Shown here piece by piece: positions 26,906 through 35,402 of a stretch of 64,000 bases of DNA. Position 1 is the first letter of the stretch. Each line of letters starts with the position of its first letter. A program made the position numbers and the translations under genes. Below the pieces are notes generated by a model. That model made no database searches and was not told the origin of the DNA. It was given only the letters and a program-made list of their open reading frames with translations. The DNA is taken from NCBI GenBank assembly GCA_022828145.1, contig JAJEJA010000088.1, positions 40,100 through 104,099 of the forward strand. Direction: 5' to 3'. The DNA comes from Candidatus Poribacteria bacterium. Lineage in GTDB: Bacteria > Poribacteria > WGA-4E > WGA-3G.

Positions 26906-28858
26906 TTATTTCACGGGATCTGTTCTATTGATAATTGATTCCATATCCCACAGCAACACAGTTCCGTCTGCACTTGCACTTGCCAGAGTCTTCCCATCAG
27001 AACTAAACGATACACTAAAGACCAAATTTGAGTGTCCTGTAAGTGTTTCTTTCAACTCACCTGTAGCAACATCCCATAGTCTGACTTTTTTATCCCAACT
27101 CCCACATGCAAGTGTTTTCCCATCAGGACTGAAAGATAAACTACTAACAATCAATATATCCGAACCTAAAACTTTCAGTAATTCACCTGTGTTAACATCC
27201 CATAGTTTAACACTATCTTTATCTCCACTTACAAGGGTGTTTCCATTTGGACTGAACGTTACTGCAGATACACCGGATGTAAAATCAGTAAGTATTATCT
27301 TCTGTTTTCCGCTGGTAACATCCCACAACCTAACGACACTATCGTCTGAGCCCCCACCACTTGCCACTGTTTTCCCATCAGGACTGAACGCAAGCGACCT
27401 AACCGCGGCTGTATGTCCTTTGATAGTCTTCTGATGCCAACCACTTCTTGCCTTCCACAAACGGATCGAGCTATCGTTGCTTGAACTTGCAAGTGTTTTC
27501 CCATCAGGATTATAAGATAGGCTTCTAATATTAGAGTAAGTATCTTTATCAGAAACATGTCCTTTGATAGTTTTTCTACTGTTGCCGGTGTCTGAATCCC
27601 ACAGTCGTATTGTCTCGTCAACACTACCACTTGCGAGTGTATTGTCAGAAGGATTAAATGCCAGGCACTCTACAGATCCTTTGTGACCGAAAAGTGTCTT
27701 ATAGTGTAAACCTTCAACTATATCCCAAAGATGGATTTCTTTGGATGCACCGAACGCAAGCATCTCTGAATCGCTGCGAAATGAAACGGACGAAATAGGT
27801 GCAAGGTGACCGGTGATTGTCCGCTTGAGTATACCAGTGTCAACATCCCAGATGTGTAGCATGTGATCGTACCCCCAACTTGCAAGTGTTTTCCCATCAT
27901 GACTGAGTGCTATGTGCTTAACATCTGCTGAATGTGCTTTAAGAGTGTTTTTAAGTTTACCTGAATTCACATTCCATATACGGACGGTGTCATCCCTACT
28001 TGCACTCGCAAGAAATTGGCTATCATGACTAAACGCAATTTTATTGATACTTTTCTCATGTCCCTTTAAGGTCGACTTATGTGTTCCTTCCGGCATTCTC
28101 CATATCCGTATGGTTTGATCATAACTCCCACCTGCGAGTAACTTTCCATCTGGACTAAATGATAGGCTTTTTATAATGTTCGTGTGTCCACCCAGTTCCA
28201 TCTTTACTTCCCTTGTGATAAGATCAGCTATACGAACTCTATTATCATTATTAAACTCCTTAGTTGCCAGAAGCCCCTCATCGTTATTGAACCATATACT
28301 ACACCCCAGTATTGGAATATAACCCCTGTTTTTATTTTTATGGGTACCAGTAGAGACATCCCACAGGTTAATCCCGTGTATGTCCGTACTTACAATTGTC
28401 TTTCCATCATTACTAAACAGGAGATTTGTTATTCCCCCCGTATGTCCAACAAAAGACTGTTTAAGTCTGAATGTTGTAGTATCCCATAAATAGATAATTC
28501 TATCTGGGCTGCCAGCGATGAGAAATCTTCCATCGGGACTAAACGCCGCATTCATATTACCAGAACTTCCACCTGACAGCACAGTTTGCATTTGATATGT
28601 GGTCGTATCATACAGCCATATACCTGTGGAAGTTACGACTGCTAAAGCAGAACCATCCGGCGAATATGTTAACTCGTTCACACTCCCTTTGCCGATACGC
28701 AGTTTAGCACCGTCGGGTAGATTCAGTTGGGGGGACTCGTGAAGAATAGTCTCATTTTGAAATGGTTCTTTTTGAGATTGACTTAAGACAAGACTCAGGA
28801 TTAGAACAGCGATTATACCGCACAGGATAATGTAAATTGGACGTAGTTTTGTTTTCAT
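26906..28858 (-). CDS. Signal-anchored WD40 repeat protein
   Basis: 650-aa ORF with TM/signal 'IYIILCGIIAVLILSLVLS' and entry blade 'LRIGKGSVNELTYSPDGSALAVVTSTGIWLYD', followed by WD40 units with 'GH...V.S..FSPDGKTLAS...D.T.RLWD'. The start codon abuts the stop of the upstream gene (28858/28859). Confidence 0.9.
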   Translation of the reverse strand: MKTKLRPIYIILCGIIAVLILSLVLSQSQKEPFQNETILHESPQLNLPDGAKLRIGKGSVNELTYSPDGSALAVVTSTGIWLYDTTTYQMQTVLSGGSSGNMNAAFSPDGRFLIAGSPDRIIYLWDTTTFRLKQSFVGHTGGITNLLFSNDGKTIVSTDIHGINLWDVSTGTHKNKNRGYIPILGCSIWFNNDEGLLATKEFNNDNRVRIADLITREVKMELGGHTNIIKSLSFSPDGKLLAGGSYDQTIRIWRMPEGTHKSTLKGHEKSINKIAFSHDSQFLASASRDDTVRIWNVNSGKLKNTLKAHSADVKHIALSHDGKTLASWGYDHMLHIWDVDTGILKRTITGHLAPISSVSFRSDSEMLAFGASKEIHLWDIVEGLHYKTLFGHKGSVECLAFNPSDNTLASGSVDETIRLWDSDTGNSRKTIKGHVSDKDTYSNIRSLSYNPDGKTLASSSNDSSIRLWKARSGWHQKTIKGHTAAVRSLAFSPDGKTVASGGGSDDSVVRLWDVTSGKQKIILTDFTSGVSAVTFSPNGNTLVSGDKDSVKLWDVNTGELLKVLGSDILIVSSLSFSPDGKTLACGSWDKKVRLWDVATGELKETLTGHSNLVFSVSFSSDGKTLASASADGTVLLWDMESIINRTDPVK

Positions 28859-31003
28859 CTAATCTGTCTCCTGAATGATGCTCGGGATATCCCACACAAG
28901 GATAGTTCCATCTCTGCTACCACTGATAAGCGTCTTACCATCGTCACTGAAATCGATGCTCTTGACTCTATCATTGTGTCCTGTCAGTATTTTTATGCAT
29001 TTTCCAGTGTTTAAATTCCATAAGTTAATATATAGTTCTCCAGCAGTACCTGGATCCTGTTTCGTGTCACTTGCAAGTGACACGCCATTTTCATATAGAA
29101 ATACTCTCCAATCCGTTAGTCTGTAACCAGCGATGGCGAATTCTTGCTGTCCAGTTGTGACATCCCATAGGCGAACTGATCCGTCTTTACTTGTGCTGAC
29201 GATTTTACGCTCATCTGGACTGAAAAAGATCTTTGAGATTGCATCAGCGTGTCCTGTAAAAGTTAGTTGTTTTTCTCCGGTAACAATATTCCACATAACG
29301 ATAGTTCCGTCTTGGTTACCGCATGCGACTCTATCTCCCTTTTGATTTAATGCTATTGTAGAGATAGCGATGGGTTCCATTGTCTGCTGCTTTGTTAATA
29401 TTCGGTTTGTTATGGTTTTATTTAGTTTTCCGGTAGTTGTATTCCAAAAGCGTATCGTGCCGTCATGACTTCCACTCACAAGTGTTTGTCCATTGGAACT
29501 AAAAGAGAGACTCCCGACCCTGGCAGTATGACCTTGGAGTGAGTGTCTAATATTCCCCGTTGTAGTATCTAACAAATGGATTGAATGTTTTGAACTTGCA
29601 CTTGCGAGTATCTGACTATCTGGACTAAAAGCAAAACCGAATACAGGTACAGAAAGTGTACTATGATCTAATGCCGTATGATTTTTCTCAAATAATTGAA
29701 TTCTTTCGGATGGGTATTGTTCTTTACCTGTATTTGCATCCCACAACCCTAAAAAACCGTCCGAAGACATCCCCGCAAACAGGTTACTATCTGAGCTGAA
29801 CAGAAATCTATTCAGACTTCTGATACTATGGTCTGGTGTATGTGGTATTAGCAATTTGCATTGTCCAGAGGTAATATCACATAGGTTAATAGAGTTGTCA
29901 ATATTCATACTTACCAACTTAGTACCATCAGGACTAAGAGTAAGATCAGCAAATTCACCCATAAAAAATGTCAGATCTTTAAAGTTATTTCCAACTATTC
30001 TTTTCTTGTGTTCTCCAGTAGCTGAATCAAAAAAATCGATAGTATGGTATTCATTTGCTGCAGCGATCATATTACCGTCAGGACTGAAACAGACATCAAT
30101 ACGTCGCTGTATTTTATCATCAATCTGCTTGTATTCTCCAGTATTGACATCCCACAAGAGGATTTTGGAATCACCCTTCCCCCAACTCAGAATGAACTCT
30201 CCGTTTGGATTGAACGAAATCTGAGAAACATTAACCTTCGGCTTTTTGAAAGTCTTCACAGGCTTACCTGTTTCAATATCCCAAAATCTGATTGCGTTAT
30301 CACTACTACCACTTGCAAGTGTTTTACCGTCAGGACTGAAAGATACACTGGTAACAGAATCCGTATGTCCTTTAAGTGTATGTTTAATTGAACCTGTATC
30401 AACATCCCATAGAATGATGGTCTGATCCTTGTTACCGCTCGCGAGCATCTTTCCATCAGGACTTAACGCGAATCCTCCAACATAGTCTGTATTTCCGTCG
30501 AGAGTCCTGTTTTTACCAGTAACAACATCCCATAAAAATAGCTCCTTGTATCTATAAGTTGCAAGCGTTGTACCGTCAGGGCTGAACAACACATTCTCAG
30601 CACCCTTAGGTATAATCCCGTCCAATAGTGTTTTCTTTATTGTGCCATTTGCAATATCCCATAGTTTGATTCCTTCAAAACCACCTTTAGATATGGCAAG
30701 GGTGTTACCATCTGGACTGAAAGTAATTCCTCTTTTGGTATCAGTGGAAATATCTATCTCCTTTAACAGGTCTAATTCTTGATATGTTTTAGCGTCATAT
30801 AGCCATATACCAATGGTAGTGGCGACCGCGAGTTGAGTGCCATCAGGTGAGTACTTTATTGCACCAATTTTACCTTTTCCAATACGTGCAATTGCACCAT
30901 CCGGTAAATCCCAACGCGTATAGTTTTCAGCCGAAACGTTAGAATGGTAGTATGTTGTAAGGAGAATTAGAGTAAAGATATTCAGAAATAGTAACTTTTT
31001 CAT
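28859..31003 (-). CDS. Secreted WD40 repeat protein
   Basis: 714-aa ORF with signal peptide 'LLFLNIFTLILLTTYYHSNVSA' and entry blade 'ARIGKGKIGAIKYSPDGTQLAVATTIGIWLYD', followed by multiple WD40 units. Confidence 0.9.
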   Translation of the reverse strand: MKKLLFLNIFTLILLTTYYHSNVSAENYTRWDLPDGAIARIGKGKIGAIKYSPDGTQLAVATTIGIWLYDAKTYQELDLLKEIDISTDTKRGITFSPDGNTLAISKGGFEGIKLWDIANGTIKKTLLDGIIPKGAENVLFSPDGTTLATYRYKELFLWDVVTGKNRTLDGNTDYVGGFALSPDGKMLASGNKDQTIILWDVDTGSIKHTLKGHTDSVTSVSFSPDGKTLASGSSDNAIRFWDIETGKPVKTFKKPKVNVSQISFNPNGEFILSWGKGDSKILLWDVNTGEYKQIDDKIQRRIDVCFSPDGNMIAAANEYHTIDFFDSATGEHKKRIVGNNFKDLTFFMGEFADLTLSPDGTKLVSMNIDNSINLCDITSGQCKLLIPHTPDHSIRSLNRFLFSSDSNLFAGMSSDGFLGLWDANTGKEQYPSERIQLFEKNHTALDHSTLSVPVFGFAFSPDSQILASASSKHSIHLLDTTTGNIRHSLQGHTARVGSLSFSSNGQTLVSGSHDGTIRFWNTTTGKLNKTITNRILTKQQTMEPIAISTIALNQKGDRVACGNQDGTIVMWNIVTGEKQLTFTGHADAISKIFFSPDERKIVSTSKDGSVRLWDVTTGQQEFAIAGYRLTDWRVFLYENGVSLASDTKQDPGTAGELYINLWNLNTGKCIKILTGHNDRVKSIDFSDDGKTLISGSRDGTILVWDIPSIIQETD

Positions 31004-31067
31004 GATACTGTCTTTGCAGAACCTTCACTGCAAATCGGAATTGGTCAAAGCATTTTGCATCAGAAGG

Positions 31068-32030
31068 TTATTTTGTTCGTAAGATAACGCCCTTCTCACC
31101 GACGATCCATCCGATATTCCCGTTGAAATGGATATCTTGCAAGTTTTTTGTTGTCGGTGAAAAGTAGTTTATCCACGTTTTTCCGCCATCTTGCGTATGA
31201 AGTATGACGCCTTCCTCACCGACTGCCCATCCCTGTTCTTCGTCTTGAAAATGAACATCTCTAAGACTCTGCTTCATCGGGTTCGTTTGTCGCTTCCAAT
31301 TTATGCCTTTATCCGTAGTATGCAAAATCAGACCATCGGATCCAACTATCCAGCCTTTAGAGGGATGTGGGAAATGTACAGCGAATAACGGTTGTTCTGC
31401 AGTGCTGATCTGTTGAGTCCACTGTTTCCCGCCATCTGGTGAATGTAAGATTTCTCCTTTTTCTCCGACAACCCAAACGGATGTATCATAAGCATGTACT
31501 CCCCATAAATGTTTGTCTGAAGGATTGTCGACTTTTTCCCATGATCCACCACCATTTTGTGTATAGAGTATCGTTGACATACCGATTCCGTCAACTCCTC
31601 CGACAGCCCAACCTTCTGTTGTATTGATAAAATACAGGTCTAAGATACCGGGGGTTATATTACTTGTGGATCGTATCTGATGTTGTATCTTCCACGAATT
31701 ACCCGCGCTACCGGTATAATGTATACTTCCCCGACCTGCAATCCAACCATTTTTGGATGTGGTAAAATTGACATGTGTCAACGTATACGTGGCAATGGAC
31801 TTTTCATCGTTTCCACTCCAGTTCTTCCCACCGTCCTTAGATGATAGAACGGTGCCATCACTTCCAACTGCCCAGCCGTGCTTTTCATCAAAGAAATGAA
31901 CACCGTAAAGGTGCGCGCTGGACCCACTATTGACCTGTTCCCATGTGATTTCTTTTGAGTTTTCTGCACAACCGATGAACAGAAGACACATCAATATGAG
32001 CATGAGGCTGGTATTTCTTAATTCAATCAT
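31068..32030 (-). CDS. Ycf48/HCF136-like (BNR/Asp-box) beta-propeller lipoprotein
   Basis: 320-aa ORF with lipobox 'LLFIGC'. Repeated Asp-box motifs are 'SKDGGKNW', 'TQNGGGSW', 'SPDGGKQW', 'TTDKGINW' and 'TQDGGKTW', together with 'GWAVG..G.ILHT' blades. Confidence 0.8.
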   Translation of the reverse strand: MIELRNTSLMLILMCLLFIGCAENSKEITWEQVNSGSSAHLYGVHFFDEKHGWAVGSDGTVLSSKDGGKNWSGNDEKSIATYTLTHVNFTTSKNGWIAGRGSIHYTGSAGNSWKIQHQIRSTSNITPGILDLYFINTTEGWAVGGVDGIGMSTILYTQNGGGSWEKVDNPSDKHLWGVHAYDTSVWVVGEKGEILHSPDGGKQWTQQISTAEQPLFAVHFPHPSKGWIVGSDGLILHTTDKGINWKRQTNPMKQSLRDVHFQDEEQGWAVGEEGVILHTQDGGKTWINYFSPTTKNLQDIHFNGNIGWIVGEKGVILRTK

Positions 32031-32132
32031 GGATGTTCACCTGTAAAATATATTGCATTTTCGGATGGATCGTGATAAATTAACTATAATGGATTATGTA
32101 TCGGTTGTCAATGAAATTTCACTGTCTTTAAA

Positions 32133-32210
32133 GGTAGTAGGCACTCTCCGTGTGCCGTTCTTTGAGACAATCATTATTCTTAATAGTAGTAGGCACTCTC
32201 CGTGTGCCGT
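32133..32210 (+). repeat. Two copies of REP-like hairpin family 4 (GTAG + GCAC-tctccgt-GTGC)
   Basis: 'gtagtaggcactctccgtgtgccgt' lies within 32133-32158 and again within 32183-32210. A third copy is at 49891-49916. Confidence 0.85.
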
Positions 32211-32217
32211 AACTAAA

Positions 32218-33126
32218 ATGGATTACATTATTGGTATAGATGGCGGCGGGACAAAGACCGTTGGCATGTTAACGACAGACAAAGGTGAAGAGGTAGCCAA
32301 AACGCAAATCGGTCCATCAAATTATCATGTTGTTGGAATAGAACAGACAAAGAACGTATTAGTAGAGATTATCCGAAAACTTACAGAAGACGTTGACAAC
32401 ACAGCGTTAGATTCAATCAGATTCTGTTTAGGCATGGCGGGTTTAGGACGTGAAGAGGACAGAAATATTATTGAGCGAATCTGTGATGAAATTGGATTAG
32501 GTAAAAAGCGAATTCTAACGCACGATGCACATATCGCATTGGTTGGTGGTATTGGTAAACAGGCGGGTGTCATCGTAATTTCTGGTACGGGTTCTATTGT
32601 CTATGGTATTGATCCATACGGGCAAGATGCGCGTGCAGGGGGTTGGGGGTATCTGCTTGGAGATGAAGGCAGTGGATATGAAATCGGTATAATGGGACTT
32701 CAAGCCGTTGCACGCTCAGCAGACAAACGTGAACCACCAACTGAATTATCAGGTATGATGCTAAATAAGCTTGCATTGAACAAGCCAAGTGATATAATTC
32801 CATGGATACATGCGGCAAATAGAGACGAAATTGCAGAACTGTCTAAAGCCGTGTTTAAAGCAGTTGAAATGGGTGATAAAAAAGCAGAAACAATAATAGA
32901 TTCAGCTGCAGAAGAACTCATTCTTGCAATAGAAACAGTTGTCAGGATGCTGAACTTCACTGATACTTTTGATATACTATTGAGTGGTGGAAATCTGATA
33001 TATCAACCCCTATTGGCAGATAAACTGAGTAAATGGATTGAGAGAAACATAATAGGCGCGACTGCAACGCTTCCCAAACACGAACCAGTTTACGGTGCTG
33101 TGTTGTTGGCAAGGACACTTCAGTAG
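32218..33126 (+). CDS. BadF/BadG/BcrA/BcrD-type ATPase: N-acetylglucosamine / N-acetylmuramate kinase-like (MurK-like)
   Basis: Based on ORF 32053-33126, but its N-terminal extension reads through the REP copies, so the start is moved to ATG 32218 ('MDYIIGIDGGGTKT'). Later motifs are 'VISGTGSI' and 'GGWGYLLGDEGSG'. It lies adjacent to murQ, the arrangement known for MurK in Clostridium. Confidence 0.8.
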   Translation: MDYIIGIDGGGTKTVGMLTTDKGEEVAKTQIGPSNYHVVGIEQTKNVLVEIIRKLTEDVDNTALDSIRFCLGMAGLGREEDRNIIERICDEIGLGKKRILTHDAHIALVGGIGKQAGVIVISGTGSIVYGIDPYGQDARAGGWGYLLGDEGSGYEIGIMGLQAVARSADKREPPTELSGMMLNKLALNKPSDIIPWIHAANRDEIAELSKAVFKAVEMGDKKAETIIDSAAEELILAIETVVRMLNFTDTFDILLSGGNLIYQPLLADKLSKWIERNIIGATATLPKHEPVYGAVLLARTLQ

Positions 33127-33252
33127 TGGATAGTCCAGACTAAATATGTAGGTCGGGTAGAGCGAAGCGAAACCCGACACGTAAGGATTGTTTCTATCAT
33201 GTCGGGTTTCGCTTCGCTCTACCCGACCTACAAGTTCAACTTGGACAATCCA
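33127..33252. mobile_element. MITE/BIME-like palindromic element (family 1 REP pair with outer inverted ends)
   Basis: Outer ends are 'tggatagtccagac' and 'cttggacaatcca'. The core is 'gtaggtcgggtagagcgaagcgaaacccgaca ... tgtcgggtttcgcttcgctctacccgacctac'. It begins 1 nt after the kinase stop codon. Confidence 0.55.
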
Positions 33253-33282
33253 CTTGGACTGAATTAATATACATTTCAAACA

Positions 33283-34179
33283 GTGATTACAGAACAACGA
33301 AACCCTAACTCAATAGACATTGATTTAAAGTCGATAGCAGAAATAGTAGAGATATTCCATGAGGAAGACAGAAAGGCTGTAGATGCTGTTGCAGATCAGT
33401 CAGATGCAATCTCGTTTGCGGTAGAGATGATCGTTGATGCGTTTTCTCAGGGAGGAAGACTGTTTTATATCGGAGCTGGCACCAGTGGGAGACTCGGTGT
33501 ATTGGACGCCTCTGAATGTCCACCGACTTTTAGTACAGAACCAGAGTTAGTGCAAGGTATTATTGCGGGTGGTGATATAGCTTTACGAAAATCGGTTGAG
33601 GGAGAAGAGGATAAACGTGAAAGTGGTGCACAGACGATAAGGGAATATGCGCTGACTCCTGAAGACATAATCGTTGGGATAGCAAGCAGTGGAAGAACAC
33701 CGTATGTTTTAGGAGCACTAAAGGAAGCACACAAAATTGGTTCAAAGACGATTTTCCTCTGTTGTGTTCCACCGAAAGCAGAACTAAATGCATACATTGA
33801 CCATTTCATTACACCAATTGTCGGACCAGAGATAATTACGGGTTCAACCCGATTAAAAGCGGGAACAGCAACAAAATTAGTACTCAACATGCTTACGACA
33901 ATTTCAATGATAAAGATTGGGAAAGTCTATGATAATCTGATGGTGGATGTGAACGCATCAAATACAAAATTAGTTGAACGAAGTATCCGAATTATACACA
34001 CCGTTACGAATGTTGATGATACCACCGCACAAGCAACGTTGCAGGAATCTGATGGAAGTGCTAAAGTAGCTATTGTTATGTTGACGAAAGGAATTGAGAA
34101 GAAAGAGGCTATAGATCTCTTAGAGAAACATCATGGGTTCTTACGTCCGATATTAACTAAAAATGAAAGTAGGGAATAA
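33283..34179 (+). CDS. murQ: N-acetylmuramic acid 6-phosphate etherase
   Basis: 298-aa ORF with a GTG start. 'TEQRNPNS', the SIS-domain motif 'GGRLFYIGAGTSGRLGVLDASECPPTF', 'GIASSGRTPY' and 'TGSTRLKAGTATK' are present. Confidence 0.92.
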   Translation: MITEQRNPNSIDIDLKSIAEIVEIFHEEDRKAVDAVADQSDAISFAVEMIVDAFSQGGRLFYIGAGTSGRLGVLDASECPPTFSTEPELVQGIIAGGDIALRKSVEGEEDKRESGAQTIREYALTPEDIIVGIASSGRTPYVLGALKEAHKIGSKTIFLCCVPPKAELNAYIDHFITPIVGPEIITGSTRLKAGTATKLVLNMLTTISMIKIGKVYDNLMVDVNASNTKLVERSIRIIHTVTNVDDTTAQATLQESDGSAKVAIVMLTKGIEKKEAIDLLEKHHGFLRPILTKNESRE

Positions 34180-34197
34180 TCTAAAAGCCAATCTCAT

Positions 34198-34373
34198 ATT
34201 GGATAGTCTAGACTAAATAAGTAGGTCGGGTAGAGGAACGCCATTAAAATATTAACTGGCGACACGTAATAATTGTGTCTAACATGTCCAAATCAACGCC
34301 AAATGCGCTTTTGGCATTTGTCGGGTTTCGCTTCGCTCTACCCGACCTACAAGTTTAACTTGGACTGTCCAAT
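34198..34373. mobile_element. Second copy of the family-1 MITE/BIME-like element, carrying internal insertions
   Basis: Outer ends are 'attggatagtctag' and 'cttggactgtccaat'. The GTAGGTCGGGTAGAG...CTCTACCCGACCTAC arms match those at 33127-33252, but the left half is disrupted and a 34-nt cassette sits at 34289-34322. Confidence 0.55.
34289..34322 (+). mobile_element. 34-nt hairpin cassette 'CAAATCAACGCCAAATGCGCTTTTGGCATTTGTC' inserted in a family-1 REP arm
   Basis: The uninterrupted arm reads 'catgtc|gggtttcg' (33199-33212). Here the same arm reads 'catgtc' + 34 nt + 'gggtttcg'. The reverse complement of the cassette recurs at 57983-58016. Confidence 0.5.
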
Positions 34374-34398
34374 ATATCTATAAGATAGGGGGAACTAA

Positions 34399-35370
34399 AT
34401 GTCTGATAAAGTTATAAGAGTTGGTACAAAAGTTGGTCTTGCCAAAACTGGCAGACGTCGTTCTAATGTCTATGAAGCATTGAACAATATACGTGAAGAG
34501 ATTACGCCAAAAGTCCGTGAACAGGTGTTGCTAAAGCCGAACTTTTTATCCAGCACTAATCAACTCGCTTCTTCCCATGTAGACGCAATGCGTGGGGCAT
34601 TGGACTTCTTGATGAGCACACCACAACCGCCTAAAGAGGTAATTATCGCAGAAGGTGCGAATGAGTCCTTTTCTGGCGAAGCATTTCAGATCTTCGGTTA
34701 CGATGCCTTGCAAGCGGAGTACGATATACCTATTAGACTCGTTGACTTACATGAAGAGACTGAATGGGTAGAAACAAAAGTATTTCTCTCCGGGAGGGAA
34801 TCGGAAACAGTACGTATGCCGAAGACAGTTCTGGACTGTCCATGCACGATTTCCGTTGCCATCGCAAAGACACATGATGCATGTGTTGTTACGCTTGCGA
34901 TGAAGAACATGATTATGGGTACTATTCATAAAGCTGACCGTATTAAGGTGCATGGATATCTAAGTCATGGTGACCGAATGTTGCCGCGTGAAGCACAGAC
35001 TATAAATATCAACCTTTTGCGTCTCTCGCGCTTCTTGAGACCGGATATCGCTATCATTGATGGGACATTGGGTCTACAAGGAAACGGACCAGGAGGCACC
35101 AATTCTGTTCAACTCGGTATCGCTGTTGCAAGTGGAGATGTATTCGCAGCTGATGCAGTAACATCAAAGGCTATGGGATTTGAACCGATGGATATTGGTC
35201 TCTTCAATTATGCTAACGACTTGGGATACGGTACTGCTAATCTTGATAATATTGAGATTATCGGACCTGATGTTGGTTCCATAGCAATACCTTTTAAACC
35301 TCATGAAACCGCTGAGCTTCAACTGCAATGGCACGATGACGAATCCAGTGAATATCTTGCTGCAGACTGA
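34399..35370 (+). CDS. DUF362 domain-containing protein
   Basis: 323-aa ORF. 'VLLKPNFLS', 'VIIAEGA', 'AKTHDACVVTLAMKNMIMG' and 'IIDGTLGLQGNGP' follow the DUF362 pattern as I recall it. Confidence 0.6.
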   Translation: MSDKVIRVGTKVGLAKTGRRRSNVYEALNNIREEITPKVREQVLLKPNFLSSTNQLASSHVDAMRGALDFLMSTPQPPKEVIIAEGANESFSGEAFQIFGYDALQAEYDIPIRLVDLHEETEWVETKVFLSGRESETVRMPKTVLDCPCTISVAIAKTHDACVVTLAMKNMIMGTIHKADRIKVHGYLSHGDRMLPREAQTININLLRLSRFLRPDIAIIDGTLGLQGNGPGGTNSVQLGIAVASGDVFAADAVTSKAMGFEPMDIGLFNYANDLGYGTANLDNIEIIGPDVGSIAIPFKPHETAELQLQWHDDESSEYLAAD

Positions 35371-35402
35371 TCATTTACTTTTATCAAGAGAAAAGGAGAA
35401 CT

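Noticed and set aside
31068-32030. Photosystem II assembly factor (Ycf48), implying a phototroph
   Set aside because: The fold-level resemblance (Asp-box propeller lipoprotein) is shared by many non-photosynthetic bacteria, and no photosynthesis genes are in the window. It is called Ycf48-like only.
32053-32217. N-terminal extension of the kinase ORF (track start 32053), and similar extensions of ORFs 23177-24433, 49937-52318, 46407-48107, 3524-4339 and 4342-5394
   Set aside because: The extensions read through REP hairpins or lack an SD. Internal ATGs preceded by GGAG-type SD sequences give canonical N-termini (kinase 'MDYIIGIDGGGTK', lipoprotein or signal peptides, and so on).
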